From an uncultured virus (IMG/VR IMGVR_UViG_3300047554_000670) (taxonomy: Duplodnaviria; Heunggongvirae; Uroviricota; Caudoviricetes), in the IMG/VR virus record IMGVR_UViG_3300047554_000670: a stretch of 64,000 nucleotides of DNA; one strand, given 5' to 3'. The notes below the pieces were generated by a model. The model had not been told where the DNA came from. It ran no database searches and saw only the letters and a program-made list of their open reading frames with translations. Shown here one piece after another: positions 17,905 to 27,525 of this stretch; positions within the stretch are counted from its first letter, which is position 1, and every line of letters begins with the position of its first letter. The position numbers and the translations under genes are program-made.

Positions 17905-18350
17905 TTTATATTCTTTACGCTGGCTCTAGAGTTTTGGCCGAAGACAATGGCACTGTGGTCAACCCTGAGATTTATTGGGGGTCAGATATTATGGCTGGGA
18001 TTCAGGCTGCTTTTGAAGCAGGAGAATGGGAGTCTATACCCGATCCTGTTATCCTTCCTCCTGAACCACTATGGGACCAATTCCTAGCTAATTTCTTTTT
18101 ACCCGGAAATATCTTATACAACGCGACTGCTACAAAAGTACAAGCATCTTCTCCTTTCGTAATTGAGCATTGGACCAATATGAAATTGGGTTTACAAAAC
18201 TCAACTATTCGGTCAGAACCTTGGCTCCAGCTATCATATGCGTATTTGAAACAAATATTGGCAAATGAAGGAAATGCAATCACACCTGAGATTGAACAAG
18301 CTTGGGTTGATATGGCTTCGTTGTACAATATTAATTTAATCCCCACTTAA
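17901..18350 (+). CDS. Hypothetical protein, possible fibre assembly chaperone
   Basis: ATGA-coupled to the fibre gene; PPEPLWDQF motif. Confidence 0.55.
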   Translation: MIYILYAGSRVLAEDNGTVVNPEIYWGSDIMAGIQAAFEAGEWESIPDPVILPPEPLWDQFLANFFLPGNILYNATATKVQASSPFVIEHWTNMKLGLQNSTIRSEPWLQLSYAYLKQILANEGNAITPEIEQAWVDMASLYNINLIPT

Positions 18351-18423
18351 TATATAAGTATATTCACATATATTAATTCTTAGGGATTATATTTTATCGA
18401 TCATCATAGAGAACTTACACAAA

Positions 18424-18924
18424 ATGAGTGAAGAATTTGAACTTTTAAGAAAAACCTTACTACAGCAAGTAGAGGAGACTATTGTTGCTAGAGGAGATGA
18501 TGCTCCTAATCTAGACCGTCTTTTTGCTTATCGTGCTGCACTATTAAATACCACAGGTAACACAGAGCAAACAGATGCTCAGACCGCTCAGTTTGCCTCT
18601 CTAGCGAACGAAATTCTGCTTCAGGTAGAATCCCTCCAACCAAACAATAGAGGCACCTTTACGAACCTCTCAGGACGTGTTGGTAAAGCTCGTGAGTCAC
18701 AACTACTGGCACCTGCAAACCCAAATCGTGTAATGCTAATTATTCAGAATCGGTCTCTGAATCCTCTGTTTATCGAATTTGGTGCTCCAGCTACCACAAC
18801 TATGTCGTTAGGAATCGATATGGGAGAGAGTTTTAAGCTTGATACGGTAATTGATACTCGTGAGATTAACATTACATCCTCTGTTAGCAATACACCCTAT
18901 GTAGCGATTGAAATAAGTGCATAA
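18424..18924 (+). CDS. Structural protein with small C-terminal beta-sandwich
   Basis: LLAPANPNRVMLIIQNRSLNPLFIEFG pattern common in phage virion proteins. Confidence 0.65.
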   Translation: MSEEFELLRKTLLQQVEETIVARGDDAPNLDRLFAYRAALLNTTGNTEQTDAQTAQFASLANEILLQVESLQPNNRGTFTNLSGRVGKARESQLLAPANPNRVMLIIQNRSLNPLFIEFGAPATTTMSLGIDMGESFKLDTVIDTREINITSSVSNTPYVAIEISA

Positions 18925-19007
18925 TGTAGCTATCGAAATAATGGCATAAGTATATAGAGTTATTGTGATAAGTGCCTAATCCGTACATAGCTGTATAAGG
19001 TGCATAA
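18895..19007 (+). repeat. 3'-end echo array x4 (VAIEISA*, VAIEIMA*, RVIVISA*, PYIAV*GA*)
   Basis: Offsets 25, 30 and 28 nt; every copy ends gcN taa. Confidence 0.85.
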
Positions 19008-19046
19008 TATAAACTATGGGATATAAATATTAATAAGGAGACCTAT

Positions 19047-19538
19047 ATGTATTCTCGATATAAAATGTATGACCGTAAAACTATTGACCCGCGTGGTGGG
19101 GGTGATTGGAAGGAACTAGCTAAGATTGGTTCTGATACTTCTGCGGTTACGAAGACCTCTAATTCCATGATGGATTTGAAAAAGTGGGATGAAACTCGTA
19201 CTAAAGGAGATGACCCTACTAGAGACCATGTATCTCGTAATGCCCCTCGTAGCAATAAGATGATGACTACGCAAACTGCGGCTTCTAAAGACCACCGTAG
19301 TGCCTTATATGACATCACCTATCGTGGACCTAACTCTATGCGCTCTACTTTAGGAATCAAACCCTTGGATAATAAAGAGCCTGTAACTCCAAGACATACA
19401 AGTACGTTCGTTCCTGTACCTGCAAATAGAGTTAATATTGTTAATCTACCGGGTAAAGGTAAGACTGGTAATATGGATTCTAAGCGTGGTATGCGTACAT
19501 CCTGGATGAATCTAGGACAAGGGCATATTAACCGGTAA
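19047..19538 (+). CDS. Basic low-complexity hypothetical protein
   Basis: AAGGAG RBS; 163 aa. Confidence 0.7.
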   Translation: MYSRYKMYDRKTIDPRGGGDWKELAKIGSDTSAVTKTSNSMMDLKKWDETRTKGDDPTRDHVSRNAPRSNKMMTTQTAASKDHRSALYDITYRGPNSMRSTLGIKPLDNKEPVTPRHTSTFVPVPANRVNIVNLPGKGKTGNMDSKRGMRTSWMNLGQGHINR

Positions 19539-19675
19539 GAGTTAAAGGTGTATTAATCAATAAGGTTAACAAAAAGATACCGACAGATAAGATTGATACT
19601 GGTTGTAGTGTATGTACATAATCTATATAATTATTAACTTATATAGGTTATGTACATTTATAAATAAAGGTAGTT

Positions 19676-20302
19676 ATGGTTAACGAAAGAAAAACTACAG
19701 GGGAAGATAGCACATTTATAGATAAGCTTAGAGAAGACCGTAGGCTTAGAGAAAAATCTACATCTGAAGAATACAGTAGGTTTTGGCGTGACTTTAATTC
19801 CCGTAAGCAAGAAGCTTTAGAGTTTTCTAAAAAACGTAAGCCTATGAGTGAGGCTACCAAACAGAAGATTAGTCGTAGTGTAGCTAAGTCCAAAGGCAGT
19901 ACTACAGGGTATGATGATTCTAATAAAGAAGACATTATTGATAAGACTGAGCGGTTTACAAATGCTATAGGGCCAATCTTAAGATATATTAGTGAAAGAG
20001 AAAAACTAAACGAGCGTAGAAAACGTAGACAATTAGCTTCTGTAAATAGTGCATTTTATGGAGTGCGTACAGGAAATAAAGTTGCAAACTACTTCACCTT
20101 AAGTCCTGCTGAAAAAGCTAAACAAAAAGTTAGAATTGAAAGATATAGAGAACTTGGGTCTAGAGCGGATAAAAAGTTGGCTCTGGATACTAAAAAACTA
20201 GGTTCTTTTGAAAGACAGACTAAATCTCAACGTATGGAAGTATTACGTAAAATGGAAGTAGATAGAAAGAGTCAAGAGTGGCAAGACCTGTTTAGTCTAT
20301 AA
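19676..20302 (+). CDS. Basic protein with NUMOD3-like motif, putative cargo family
   Basis: ALEF|SKKRKPMSEATKQKISRS. Confidence 0.65.
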   Translation: MVNERKTTGEDSTFIDKLREDRRLREKSTSEEYSRFWRDFNSRKQEALEFSKKRKPMSEATKQKISRSVAKSKGSTTGYDDSNKEDIIDKTERFTNAIGPILRYISEREKLNERRKRRQLASVNSAFYGVRTGNKVANYFTLSPAEKAKQKVRIERYRELGSRADKKLALDTKKLGSFERQTKSQRMEVLRKMEVDRKSQEWQDLFSL

Positions 20303-20319
20303 AATATAGAATAAAGGTT

Positions 20320-20940
20320 ATGAAATATACAACAGAAGAAAGACTAGCAAGACGTTTAAGAGGAAGACTCAATATAGCAAATCAACCTGAAGTAGATACA
20401 GCACTTCAGACTATTCTTGGATATGGGCAAGCTGTAAGTGGTCAGACTGTAGATAATGCATTGATTGAACAGTTGGCAGAAGAACGTGATGCTTACATAG
20501 ACCTTATCTTAGGACAGGTCTACAATATGCCTTTAGCATTAACAGACCCAACTACGGTAGCAATAATGGCTGACCTTAGTGAAAGTCTTATTATAAGTTC
20601 TCTCTTACAAGTTCATTTCGTAGGAACCTCTCCTATCATCCCATCTGCGGATGTTAGTGGTGCAACACAAGAAACACGGAAACATGCAGAATATCTCCTT
20701 ACGGCTCTTACCGTAGGACATAACATCTACATTCCCATATCCCCTATGGGTCAGAACAATAATCCAGGACTGACTCAAATGCAACCTCTCGTATTACCAG
20801 GAGAAACTCTACGTATGAGGCCCCCGGATACAATTACAAGAAATCTAACTATCAGACAAGTTAAGGATACTTCAGCAATTAGAGCTAAATACTTTAATGA
20901 TGATGAAACTAAGACTTATTGGATGAGAGATAGATTGTAG
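20320..20940 (+). CDS. Head-tail adaptor (Mu gp36-like)
   Basis: MKYTT..L..RL...AYIDLILGQVYNMPL pattern and position. Confidence 0.65.
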   Translation: MKYTTEERLARRLRGRLNIANQPEVDTALQTILGYGQAVSGQTVDNALIEQLAEERDAYIDLILGQVYNMPLALTDPTTVAIMADLSESLIISSLLQVHFVGTSPIIPSADVSGATQETRKHAEYLLTALTVGHNIYIPISPMGQNNNPGLTQMQPLVLPGETLRMRPPDTITRNLTIRQVKDTSAIRAKYFNDDETKTYWMRDRL

Positions 20941-20973
20941 AATTAACTAAGAGTGTAATTCAAGTTTTAATAT

Positions 20974-21228
20974 ATGATTGGTTTAATAGAATTTGCTAGA
21001 ACTAAAGGAGCAAAAGATAGGCGCAAGAGATTAACTAAAGGGTTAAATAGATTTGGGTCTAAACTACAAACAACCGGGTCTAGACTACAAAGAACAAGCT
21101 TTACTACACTTAGTGATAGTAATTTAGCAAGACGGACTGTTAATGCATTAACTAGAGGTACACAAGCTACAGGAAGGGGTATGCAGAAAGCAGGACGATT
21201 TTTCAAACGTATTCGTACAAACGATTAA
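20974..21228 (+). CDS. 'MIGLIEF' family small basic protein
   Basis: MIGLIEF|ARTKGAKDRRKR. Confidence 0.7.
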   Translation: MIGLIEFARTKGAKDRRKRLTKGLNRFGSKLQTTGSRLQRTSFTTLSDSNLARRTVNALTRGTQATGRGMQKAGRFFKRIRTND

Positions 21229-21255
21229 ATTATAAACAACAAGGAGAAAACATAA

Positions 21256-21651
21256 ATGGCTACTAAAGCTGATTATATTTTGAATAGACTGGCTCGTATT
21301 GAAGCAAGTCTTGAAGCACTGGAATTTGCGGCTGGTGTGGATTCTTATGAATTTGCACGTAAGCGTGGTTCTAGAGATAAGCAGAAGCGGAAGCGTAAAG
21401 GCTGGTCTACCGCACAGAAAGTTGGTGCTGGTTTGGCTGGCGTTGCTGCTCTTGGTGCTGCGGCTCGTTATGGTGGAGCGGCAATCAAGAAACGTCGTTT
21501 CAAATTAAATTCGGACCAAACTTTTGCTGATAGGATGGCGGCTACTAGAGGTGCCCGTGGCCAATTCAAACAAGACGTTGAGACCGTTAAGACAGGTTTT
21601 GGTAAAGCATACACTGGATTGAAGAGTCGTTTCGCTAAGAAAGCAGACTAA
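21256..21651 (+). CDS. Basic Gly-helix protein, putative cargo family
   Basis: ALEF|A and SYEF|ARKRGSRDKQKRKRK, then VGAGLAGVAALGAAA; AAGGAG RBS. Confidence 0.7.
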   Translation: MATKADYILNRLARIEASLEALEFAAGVDSYEFARKRGSRDKQKRKRKGWSTAQKVGAGLAGVAALGAAARYGGAAIKKRRFKLNSDQTFADRMAATRGARGQFKQDVETVKTGFGKAYTGLKSRFAKKAD

Positions 21652-21674
21652 TTCCAAGTAAATGGGTATGAGAA

Positions 21675-23042
21675 ATGAGTAAAAAGAATAAAAATAGAAG
21701 ACTGGCAAAGGCTAGTGTTATAAGTTCAGACGGTCTAAATACTAGACCCCTCATTTCTCATACTAATACCTCAATGGTTAGCGTTCGCCGTATGCAGAAG
21801 CCTGGTACGAAAGGAATATTGGATTATTGCCGACATAACCTTATTACTTTTGCTAAGAAGGAAGCACGAGGAAAAAGAAAATATGATGTTCGTTCCTATA
21901 TTCGTAAGGGCAAACGTGTTAGAGCATATTCTGCTTTTAGGTTATTTGGAAAGAAAAAGAAAGAGAATAAAAATAATACAGCCAGTAATCTTCTAAAAAT
22001 TGCTGGGGCAGGGGTGGCTACAACTATTCTTTTTAAGAAAGGTATTAAAAGGCGATGGGATAAGTCAATTATAAAATCCTCTCTAGCTGTAGAAGAAAAA
22101 GCTGATAATCTAGTTAGAGATATTACTAAGTACTTAGATGACCCAATAGAATTTAGAAAACTAAAGAGAGCAGCTCAAGAAGAATTAATTAAAAAAGGTA
22201 GAAAGACTGACCCTCTTGCCCCTTTAGATAACCCTGATATTGTTAAAAGATATAATTTTGTTTCTAAAATACAGGATGCACAAAAGAAAAGCCAATCGAG
22301 TTTTTCTTTTGTTTTAGGAGGTATGGATGGGGGACAAGGTTTAACCGGACCTCTAATGGCTGGGAATATGAATCTCAGACTACCAGCGGGAAGATATAGA
22401 AGAAAAAACCTAGAAGGGAAATCTTTCTTTAGCGTAGAAGACCCTACAACAACAGCTTACGGACATATCTGGACACAAACACAAAATAGAATTATTGTCC
22501 CTAGAAGCAGTTATAGTATGCGAATTCCTTTCTTTAATAAGGGGCTTAAAATCCCAGGAACTCCGGTTGGTGTGCCTATTAATAGAGTAGAACAACAGCT
22601 AGATGCTCTAAAAGCGGTGTTTGTTAAAAGTCGATTTTTCGGAGTTGATCCTGATGGGGAAGAGTTAGCTTACTATGCGTTAGCTGCTAGGAAATTGCTT
22701 CCTAAAAATACAGAAATTAGATTTATTGGCCAGTGTGCTGGAGGTTTTCATACTACGTATGCGGCTTCAGTATTAAATAAATTAAATATGCGGGTTAAGA
22801 CTTTCAATATTGCAACACCTAATTTTGTACCTCACAATCTAGATACATCACAATTAAAAACTATAATATCTAAACATGATTCTTTTTACAGGTTAAAAAG
22901 TAAAAAAGATACGCCTATAGATGATGTATGGGGACATGCCTATTTTGGAAAAATTCCTAAAAAGGATAAGAAGAAAGCTAGTACAGGGTATGAGAATTCA
23001 TTAGCTATGGTAAGAGAATATAGAAGGTTTTTTGGGGAATAA
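21675..23042 (+). CDS. Cargo-family protein with alpha/beta-hydrolase-like C-terminal domain
   Basis: LITF|AKK, VRSYIRKGKRVRAY tag, Gly helix, IRFIGQCAGG nucleophile-elbow-like motif, NIATP, later D and GH. Confidence 0.55.
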   Translation: MSKKNKNRRLAKASVISSDGLNTRPLISHTNTSMVSVRRMQKPGTKGILDYCRHNLITFAKKEARGKRKYDVRSYIRKGKRVRAYSAFRLFGKKKKENKNNTASNLLKIAGAGVATTILFKKGIKRRWDKSIIKSSLAVEEKADNLVRDITKYLDDPIEFRKLKRAAQEELIKKGRKTDPLAPLDNPDIVKRYNFVSKIQDAQKKSQSSFSFVLGGMDGGQGLTGPLMAGNMNLRLPAGRYRRKNLEGKSFFSVEDPTTTAYGHIWTQTQNRIIVPRSSYSMRIPFFNKGLKIPGTPVGVPINRVEQQLDALKAVFVKSRFFGVDPDGEELAYYALAARKLLPKNTEIRFIGQCAGGFHTTYAASVLNKLNMRVKTFNIATPNFVPHNLDTSQLKTIISKHDSFYRLKSKKDTPIDDVWGHAYFGKIPKKDKKKASTGYENSLAMVREYRRFFGE

Positions 23043-23047
23043 CAATA

Positions 23048-23890
23048 ATGAATATTTATCTAAAATCATACCCTCTTATTCAGTTTAATAAGAAACAAGA
23101 GGAGAAAGTAAAAGGAGCACTGCAAATAGGAGCTGGCGGCTATATTGCAAAACAATCTATTAGTTCTGGGGTTCCAAGAGCACTAGGGGTTAGAATAGAG
23201 TCCCATACGACATCTAGATCTAAAGCAAAAAAGATATTGTCCGAAAATGGTTTTCTAGACCCTAAGTACGGGGGGACGGGGGCGGCAGTAGGAGCGGGGC
23301 CGGACTTTGTAAAAAGAAGTACTGGGTATGTTCATATTACGGGGGTACATGAAGGACATTATGGGAAACGTATACCTGAACAATTAGCCCCATTTGCCCC
23401 CTTATATAGAGCTATCCAAAGACGCATATATAAAACCTCTGCGGATAACCCTTCATTAAAAGGAATAGAGATTGCTGCTAATATAATTGGGCCTAAAAGA
23501 AATGCTAGAACCTTATATGTTGGGGGAAGTGATAAATATTTTTATGAAAATTTTGAACCCGACCCAGACGACTTAGCTATTAAGTCAAAGAAACCCATAA
23601 AAGTTCACCCTAGTAAGCTAGCTGCTACACTAGATACTTTGAACAGAGAAGGTGGAGGAAATAAATGGAAAGGGGCACGTAAATTAATGAAGGCAAATCC
23701 TAAAAGAGTAGGAGTTGGTTTAGCAATACTTGCTGGAGGAGGATTAGCCGCAAAAAGAGCTATTAGCTTAGGGGTCTCTAATATAAAAGGGGAATCGGGG
23801 TATAGGCCAAAAGGAAGGGTTAAATCTCACTTCAGAAAGTTAAGAAACAAAATGATTAGAGTTAAAAGTTTTATTAGAGGTGAAGGTTAG
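23048..23890 (+). CDS. Cargo-family protein with ADP-ribosyltransferase-like motif
   Basis: LIQF|NKK; HTTS...ILSENGFLDP...GYVHIT; Gly helix; C-terminal VKSHFRKLRNKMIRVKSFIRGE. Confidence 0.55.
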   Translation: MNIYLKSYPLIQFNKKQEEKVKGALQIGAGGYIAKQSISSGVPRALGVRIESHTTSRSKAKKILSENGFLDPKYGGTGAAVGAGPDFVKRSTGYVHITGVHEGHYGKRIPEQLAPFAPLYRAIQRRIYKTSADNPSLKGIEIAANIIGPKRNARTLYVGGSDKYFYENFEPDPDDLAIKSKKPIKVHPSKLAATLDTLNREGGGNKWKGARKLMKANPKRVGVGLAILAGGGLAAKRAISLGVSNIKGESGYRPKGRVKSHFRKLRNKMIRVKSFIRGEG

Positions 23891-23928
23891 AATTGTACAA
23901 TGGATTTATATAATTATTTATCATCGTT

Positions 23929-25809
23929 ATGGCTAAACGTGGGATGGCAATGGGTGCCGTAAATAAACTTAATATTGGTGCCGGTAGAAAAGCTGGATTG
24001 AGCCTTAATGGTAAAGGTCTTGGTACTTCCCCGTTTAGTCAATCTTCTTCTGGAGCGTCTAAATCAGTTCGTAAAGTTAACAGTGAAATTAAAAGTAAGT
24101 TAGCAAAACGAAAGAAAAAGGGAATGCTTAATATGGGAATGCAGACCGGTAAGCGTAAACCTGGAATGCAGACCAATAAAGAACAGACTATCCCCACAAT
24201 TAGTAAGGAACAACGTAGAGTAATGGAAACACAAAGAGCTAAAAAGAGACTGGGTAGAAGATTATCTAATTATTCTTTCGTTCCAACTATTAGTGTTGGA
24301 CTAATTGAATTTAAGAAGGAAGAAGAGAAGAAGAAAAAAAGAGACCTTAGTAAGATTACTGGAATGGCTCAGATTGGTGCAGGAGCAACTATAGGTCAAC
24401 AAGCTATTCGTTCAGGTTTACCTAGAGCCGTAGGTGTACGTTTAGAACAACATGGTACATCGCGTGCTGCGGCTAAGAATATTATTAAAGAAGGCTATTT
24501 AGACCCTAGTTATGGGGGTTCTACTGGTGGTGTTACTGCATCAATGAAACTGCCTAAAGAATTTCTTGAAAGGGCTAAAGGACATACTTTTCTAAGTGGT
24601 AAAAACCCAAGTCACCCATTTTGGCAAGAAAGAAATAGGCTAAGTCCCGTATGGGATGTGGTAAATAGAAAGATTCAAGTTTTGGGTTATAGAGGGTCTA
24701 AGGCGGGAAAAATTACGGATGCGGATATAGAAAGAGGGTCACGCCATATTTCTGGGATTGTTAGTCAGATGTTACGGCCTATAGAAAAAAACTTAAAAGA
24801 TCTAACCCCTGAATCCTACCTAGCTAAGGTCAGAGCAGGTACTAATTTTTCTGACCCTAATGATGTAAGATACCTTGAATCTCTAGAAAACGACCCTAAA
24901 CGCTTAAGAGAAGCGGTTGACTATTATAGAGATGATTTTCTTAACTTATCTAAGCAAATAAAGAAGATGGGTAAACGAGGCTACAATGATGCCGCTCGTG
25001 TTGAAAGAATTCGTAGAATTCAAAAACGGGCCAATATGTTGTTTAAGCCCTATCAAGACGAATTTAAGACCAGAATTGAACCTATAAAAAGCAAAGGTAA
25101 TTGGATTCATAATTCAGAGGGTAAACCTTTAGTTAGCTTAACTTATAAAGAAGAACTTCGTGATTTCCTAAGAGAGAAAGCTAACGCAGGGGATAAACGG
25201 GCGGCACAAATACTTGGGTTACAGAGTGGCCTCGACGACCAACTTCGTTCTCAAAGAGCAGCTAAAATGATTGGTCTAACCGCAGGATGGACTGAAAAGT
25301 TAGTTAAGTCACCCGCATTAGGTGCCGCCGGAGTTGGTAGAACCTTATATATCCCTGGAACAGATGCCTTCTTTAATGATACAAGTAGGTTTGTATACGA
25401 CCCAGATGACCCATTTGGAAACCCTCTAAAAATGGGTAAAGCCATGGAGTCTGAACTGGGTGGTTTTGGTGGAAATGCTCTTAAGACTAAACAGAAAGTA
25501 AGAGCTTTTGGTAATAGGGCCGCAGCATCTAAATGGTTGCTTGAACAAGAAGGGGATGGAAATATCTTTAAGGGGGCCGGTAAGTTAATGAAAGCAAATC
25601 CGGGTAGAGTTGGTGCTGGGTTAGCTTTATTAGCTGGGGGTGGATTAGCTTCTGGTGCCCTTATTGGTAAAGGAGTTTCTAATATACGAAAGAAACCTGA
25701 AGTTACAGTTGAATCCGATGGTAAAGTTAAATCTCACTTTAGAAAACTAAAGAACAAGATGATTAGAGTTAAGAGCTTCATCAGAGGGGAACGTAATGAA
25801 AAAAGGTAG
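23929..25809 (+). CDS. Cargo-family polyprotein-like paralogue of 23048..23890 with ART-like motif
   Basis: Internal VGLIEF|KK; HGTSRAAAKNIIKEGYLDP...GHTFLS; same C-terminal helix and tag. Confidence 0.6.
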   Translation: MAKRGMAMGAVNKLNIGAGRKAGLSLNGKGLGTSPFSQSSSGASKSVRKVNSEIKSKLAKRKKKGMLNMGMQTGKRKPGMQTNKEQTIPTISKEQRRVMETQRAKKRLGRRLSNYSFVPTISVGLIEFKKEEEKKKKRDLSKITGMAQIGAGATIGQQAIRSGLPRAVGVRLEQHGTSRAAAKNIIKEGYLDPSYGGSTGGVTASMKLPKEFLERAKGHTFLSGKNPSHPFWQERNRLSPVWDVVNRKIQVLGYRGSKAGKITDADIERGSRHISGIVSQMLRPIEKNLKDLTPESYLAKVRAGTNFSDPNDVRYLESLENDPKRLREAVDYYRDDFLNLSKQIKKMGKRGYNDAARVERIRRIQKRANMLFKPYQDEFKTRIEPIKSKGNWIHNSEGKPLVSLTYKEELRDFLREKANAGDKRAAQILGLQSGLDDQLRSQRAAKMIGLTAGWTEKLVKSPALGAAGVGRTLYIPGTDAFFNDTSRFVYDPDDPFGNPLKMGKAMESELGGFGGNALKTKQKVRAFGNRAAASKWLLEQEGDGNIFKGAGKLMKANPGRVGAGLALLAGGGLASGALIGKGVSNIRKKPEVTVESDGKVKSHFRKLKNKMIRVKSFIRGERNEKR

Positions 25810-26749
25810 ACGACATACTAAAGAAACTAAAAGAAAGATTTCTGAATCAATGAAAAAAAGGGTTAGTCTTCATCATCATATGGCTAAGGGTTCTTTAATT
25901 GGTGCTGGGACTGGAGCTACTTTACAAGGTATCCCGGCTGCTTTAATTGGTACGCATATTGGTGGTCCTATGCTTGGTATCCCCTTAACTATTAGTGCTA
26001 TGGGAAGAGGGGCTATTGAAGGTGGAACATTAGGGGGTATTGCCGGAGCGGGTACATACTATGCTAAGAGAAAATTCGATACTAAGAATAGAGCTAGGTA
26101 TGAATACAAGAAAGATTTGTCTGTATATGATTTCACTAAGAAAGAGCTAATACCTTATAATTTTGCTAAGAAAGAACAAAAAGTAAAATCACATACTAGA
26201 AGGACTAAGAGGGGAACCACGATTGTTAATCCTTTCGTTAGAGTTAAACGCTATTTTAACCCTGAACCGGCTAAAGGAAGTATCTATACTGCACCATTTA
26301 GATATGCGGCTTTATCTGCTCAAGCATCTAAAGGTAAATTTCAGAATTTAATTAAAGACACTCCTAATCCTAAAGAAGCAACTGAACGTTTAGGTGCAAC
26401 AATCGGGGTGGGTCTAGGAAGACTCGATACATTACGAAAGAAAATTAGAGATAGAGGGAAAGACTTTACAAGAGGTATTAAGCTCGGTCGTAGAAGTGAG
26501 GGTGTACGAGATACTTTTGAACGGCACCGTTTAGGTGAGAATATTGGAGTAGTTGGGGGTCTTTATGCTGCTTCTAGAGGTCTTAAAGGTACAGGGATTA
26601 AGACAGCTTTAGTACAACCTAGTTCAGGCTTAGTTTGGGATGACCAATTTAGAAAAGCATCTAAAGGTAAGAAAGCTTTGATTGTTGGTGGAGGACTAGT
26701 TGCTGCTAGTCAGATAGCAAGAATTACAAATAGATATCTACAAGACTAA
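25796..26749 (+). CDS. Two-unit cargo-family protein (NUMOD3-like + Gly zipper; VKSH tag + Gly helices)
   Basis: GRRHTKETKRKISESMK; GxxxGxxxG zipper; YNF|AKKEQKVKSHTRRTKRG. Confidence 0.65.
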   Translation: MKKGRRHTKETKRKISESMKKRVSLHHHMAKGSLIGAGTGATLQGIPAALIGTHIGGPMLGIPLTISAMGRGAIEGGTLGGIAGAGTYYAKRKFDTKNRARYEYKKDLSVYDFTKKELIPYNFAKKEQKVKSHTRRTKRGTTIVNPFVRVKRYFNPEPAKGSIYTAPFRYAALSAQASKGKFQNLIKDTPNPKEATERLGATIGVGLGRLDTLRKKIRDRGKDFTRGIKLGRRSEGVRDTFERHRLGENIGVVGGLYAASRGLKGTGIKTALVQPSSGLVWDDQFRKASKGKKALIVGGGLVAASQIARITNRYLQD

Positions 26750-26758
26750 TAAAAAATC

Positions 26759-27508
26759 ATGACAAATAAAAATTATAGACACTCAGAAGAAACTAAGCGT
26801 AAGATCAGTAGAGCCTTAAAAGGTAAAAAGCGTAAACGTAATAATAGTTTAGCTATTGGGGGTGGTGCTACAGCCATTGCCGGTACAGGACTAGCTGTTG
26901 GCTCAAATCTCCAAGCTAAAAACTTAGAAAAATCAATTGGTCAATACAATAATGATTTAGCTAAAGTTGCTCGTGAACTAAAGCATAGACAAAAAGGACT
27001 AGCTAGAGGTCAGGATAAAGCTTATAGTTTAATGCAAGAAACTTTTAGTACTGAATTAGACCCTAAGTATGATTCTTTGTCTAAAGCTATGCAGAAGAAT
27101 AGAGAAAGAGCTATTGAACTAGAACAGGAACTTAATGCTAAGGGAAAAGTTAAACTCCCTAAAGTGTTAGGGGGTAAGAAAAGAAAAGAACTTGATTCTC
27201 TGACAACTCAATTAGACCAACAACAACAAGAGTTAAAAGTATATAAAAGACAACTAAAAGCAAAAGCGGATAAAGCGGAAAAGTTTTTAACTCGTCTTTA
27301 TCCTCAAGGAACAGATAAGATTAAGGCCCGTATTAGCGCTTTAGAAAATAGTCAAAGTAACTTACAATCTTCTATTGGTAAAGCACAAAAAGGAATTAAA
27401 CGTCTTGGAAAATTAGCGGTTGTAGGTAAAGGGTTAGCTGCTACAGGGGCATTAACTGCGGCTACTGCAATGGCATTAAAAGCTCGTAATAGAAAGAAAC
27501 GTAGATAA
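26759..27508 (+). CDS. Cargo-family protein: NUMOD3-like, Gly helix, coiled coil, Gly helix
   Basis: YRHSEETKRKISRALKGKK; two Gly/Ala helices flank a coiled coil. Confidence 0.65.
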   Translation: MTNKNYRHSEETKRKISRALKGKKRKRNNSLAIGGGATAIAGTGLAVGSNLQAKNLEKSIGQYNNDLAKVARELKHRQKGLARGQDKAYSLMQETFSTELDPKYDSLSKAMQKNRERAIELEQELNAKGKVKLPKVLGGKKRKELDSLTTQLDQQQQELKVYKRQLKAKADKAEKFLTRLYPQGTDKIKARISALENSQSNLQSSIGKAQKGIKRLGKLAVVGKGLAATGALTAATAMALKARNRKKRR

Positions 27509-27525
27509 TCAATGAGGCAAAGATA

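Noticed and set aside
16306..19007. Short repeat arrays as a CRISPR array
   Set aside because: No unique spacers between repeats, units match the adjacent gene ends, and no cas genes are visible
19518..19563. Possible echo GHINR* to RCINQ* (25-nt offset)
   Set aside because: Plausible but too diverged to count with confidence; similarly weak cases at 2473-2533, 5434-5458, 27497-27526 and 46577-46609 were left out of the tally
19676..27508. NUMOD3-containing ORFs as homing endonucleases
   Set aside because: No GIY-YIG or HNH catalytic motifs; they carry Gly helices or coiled coils instead
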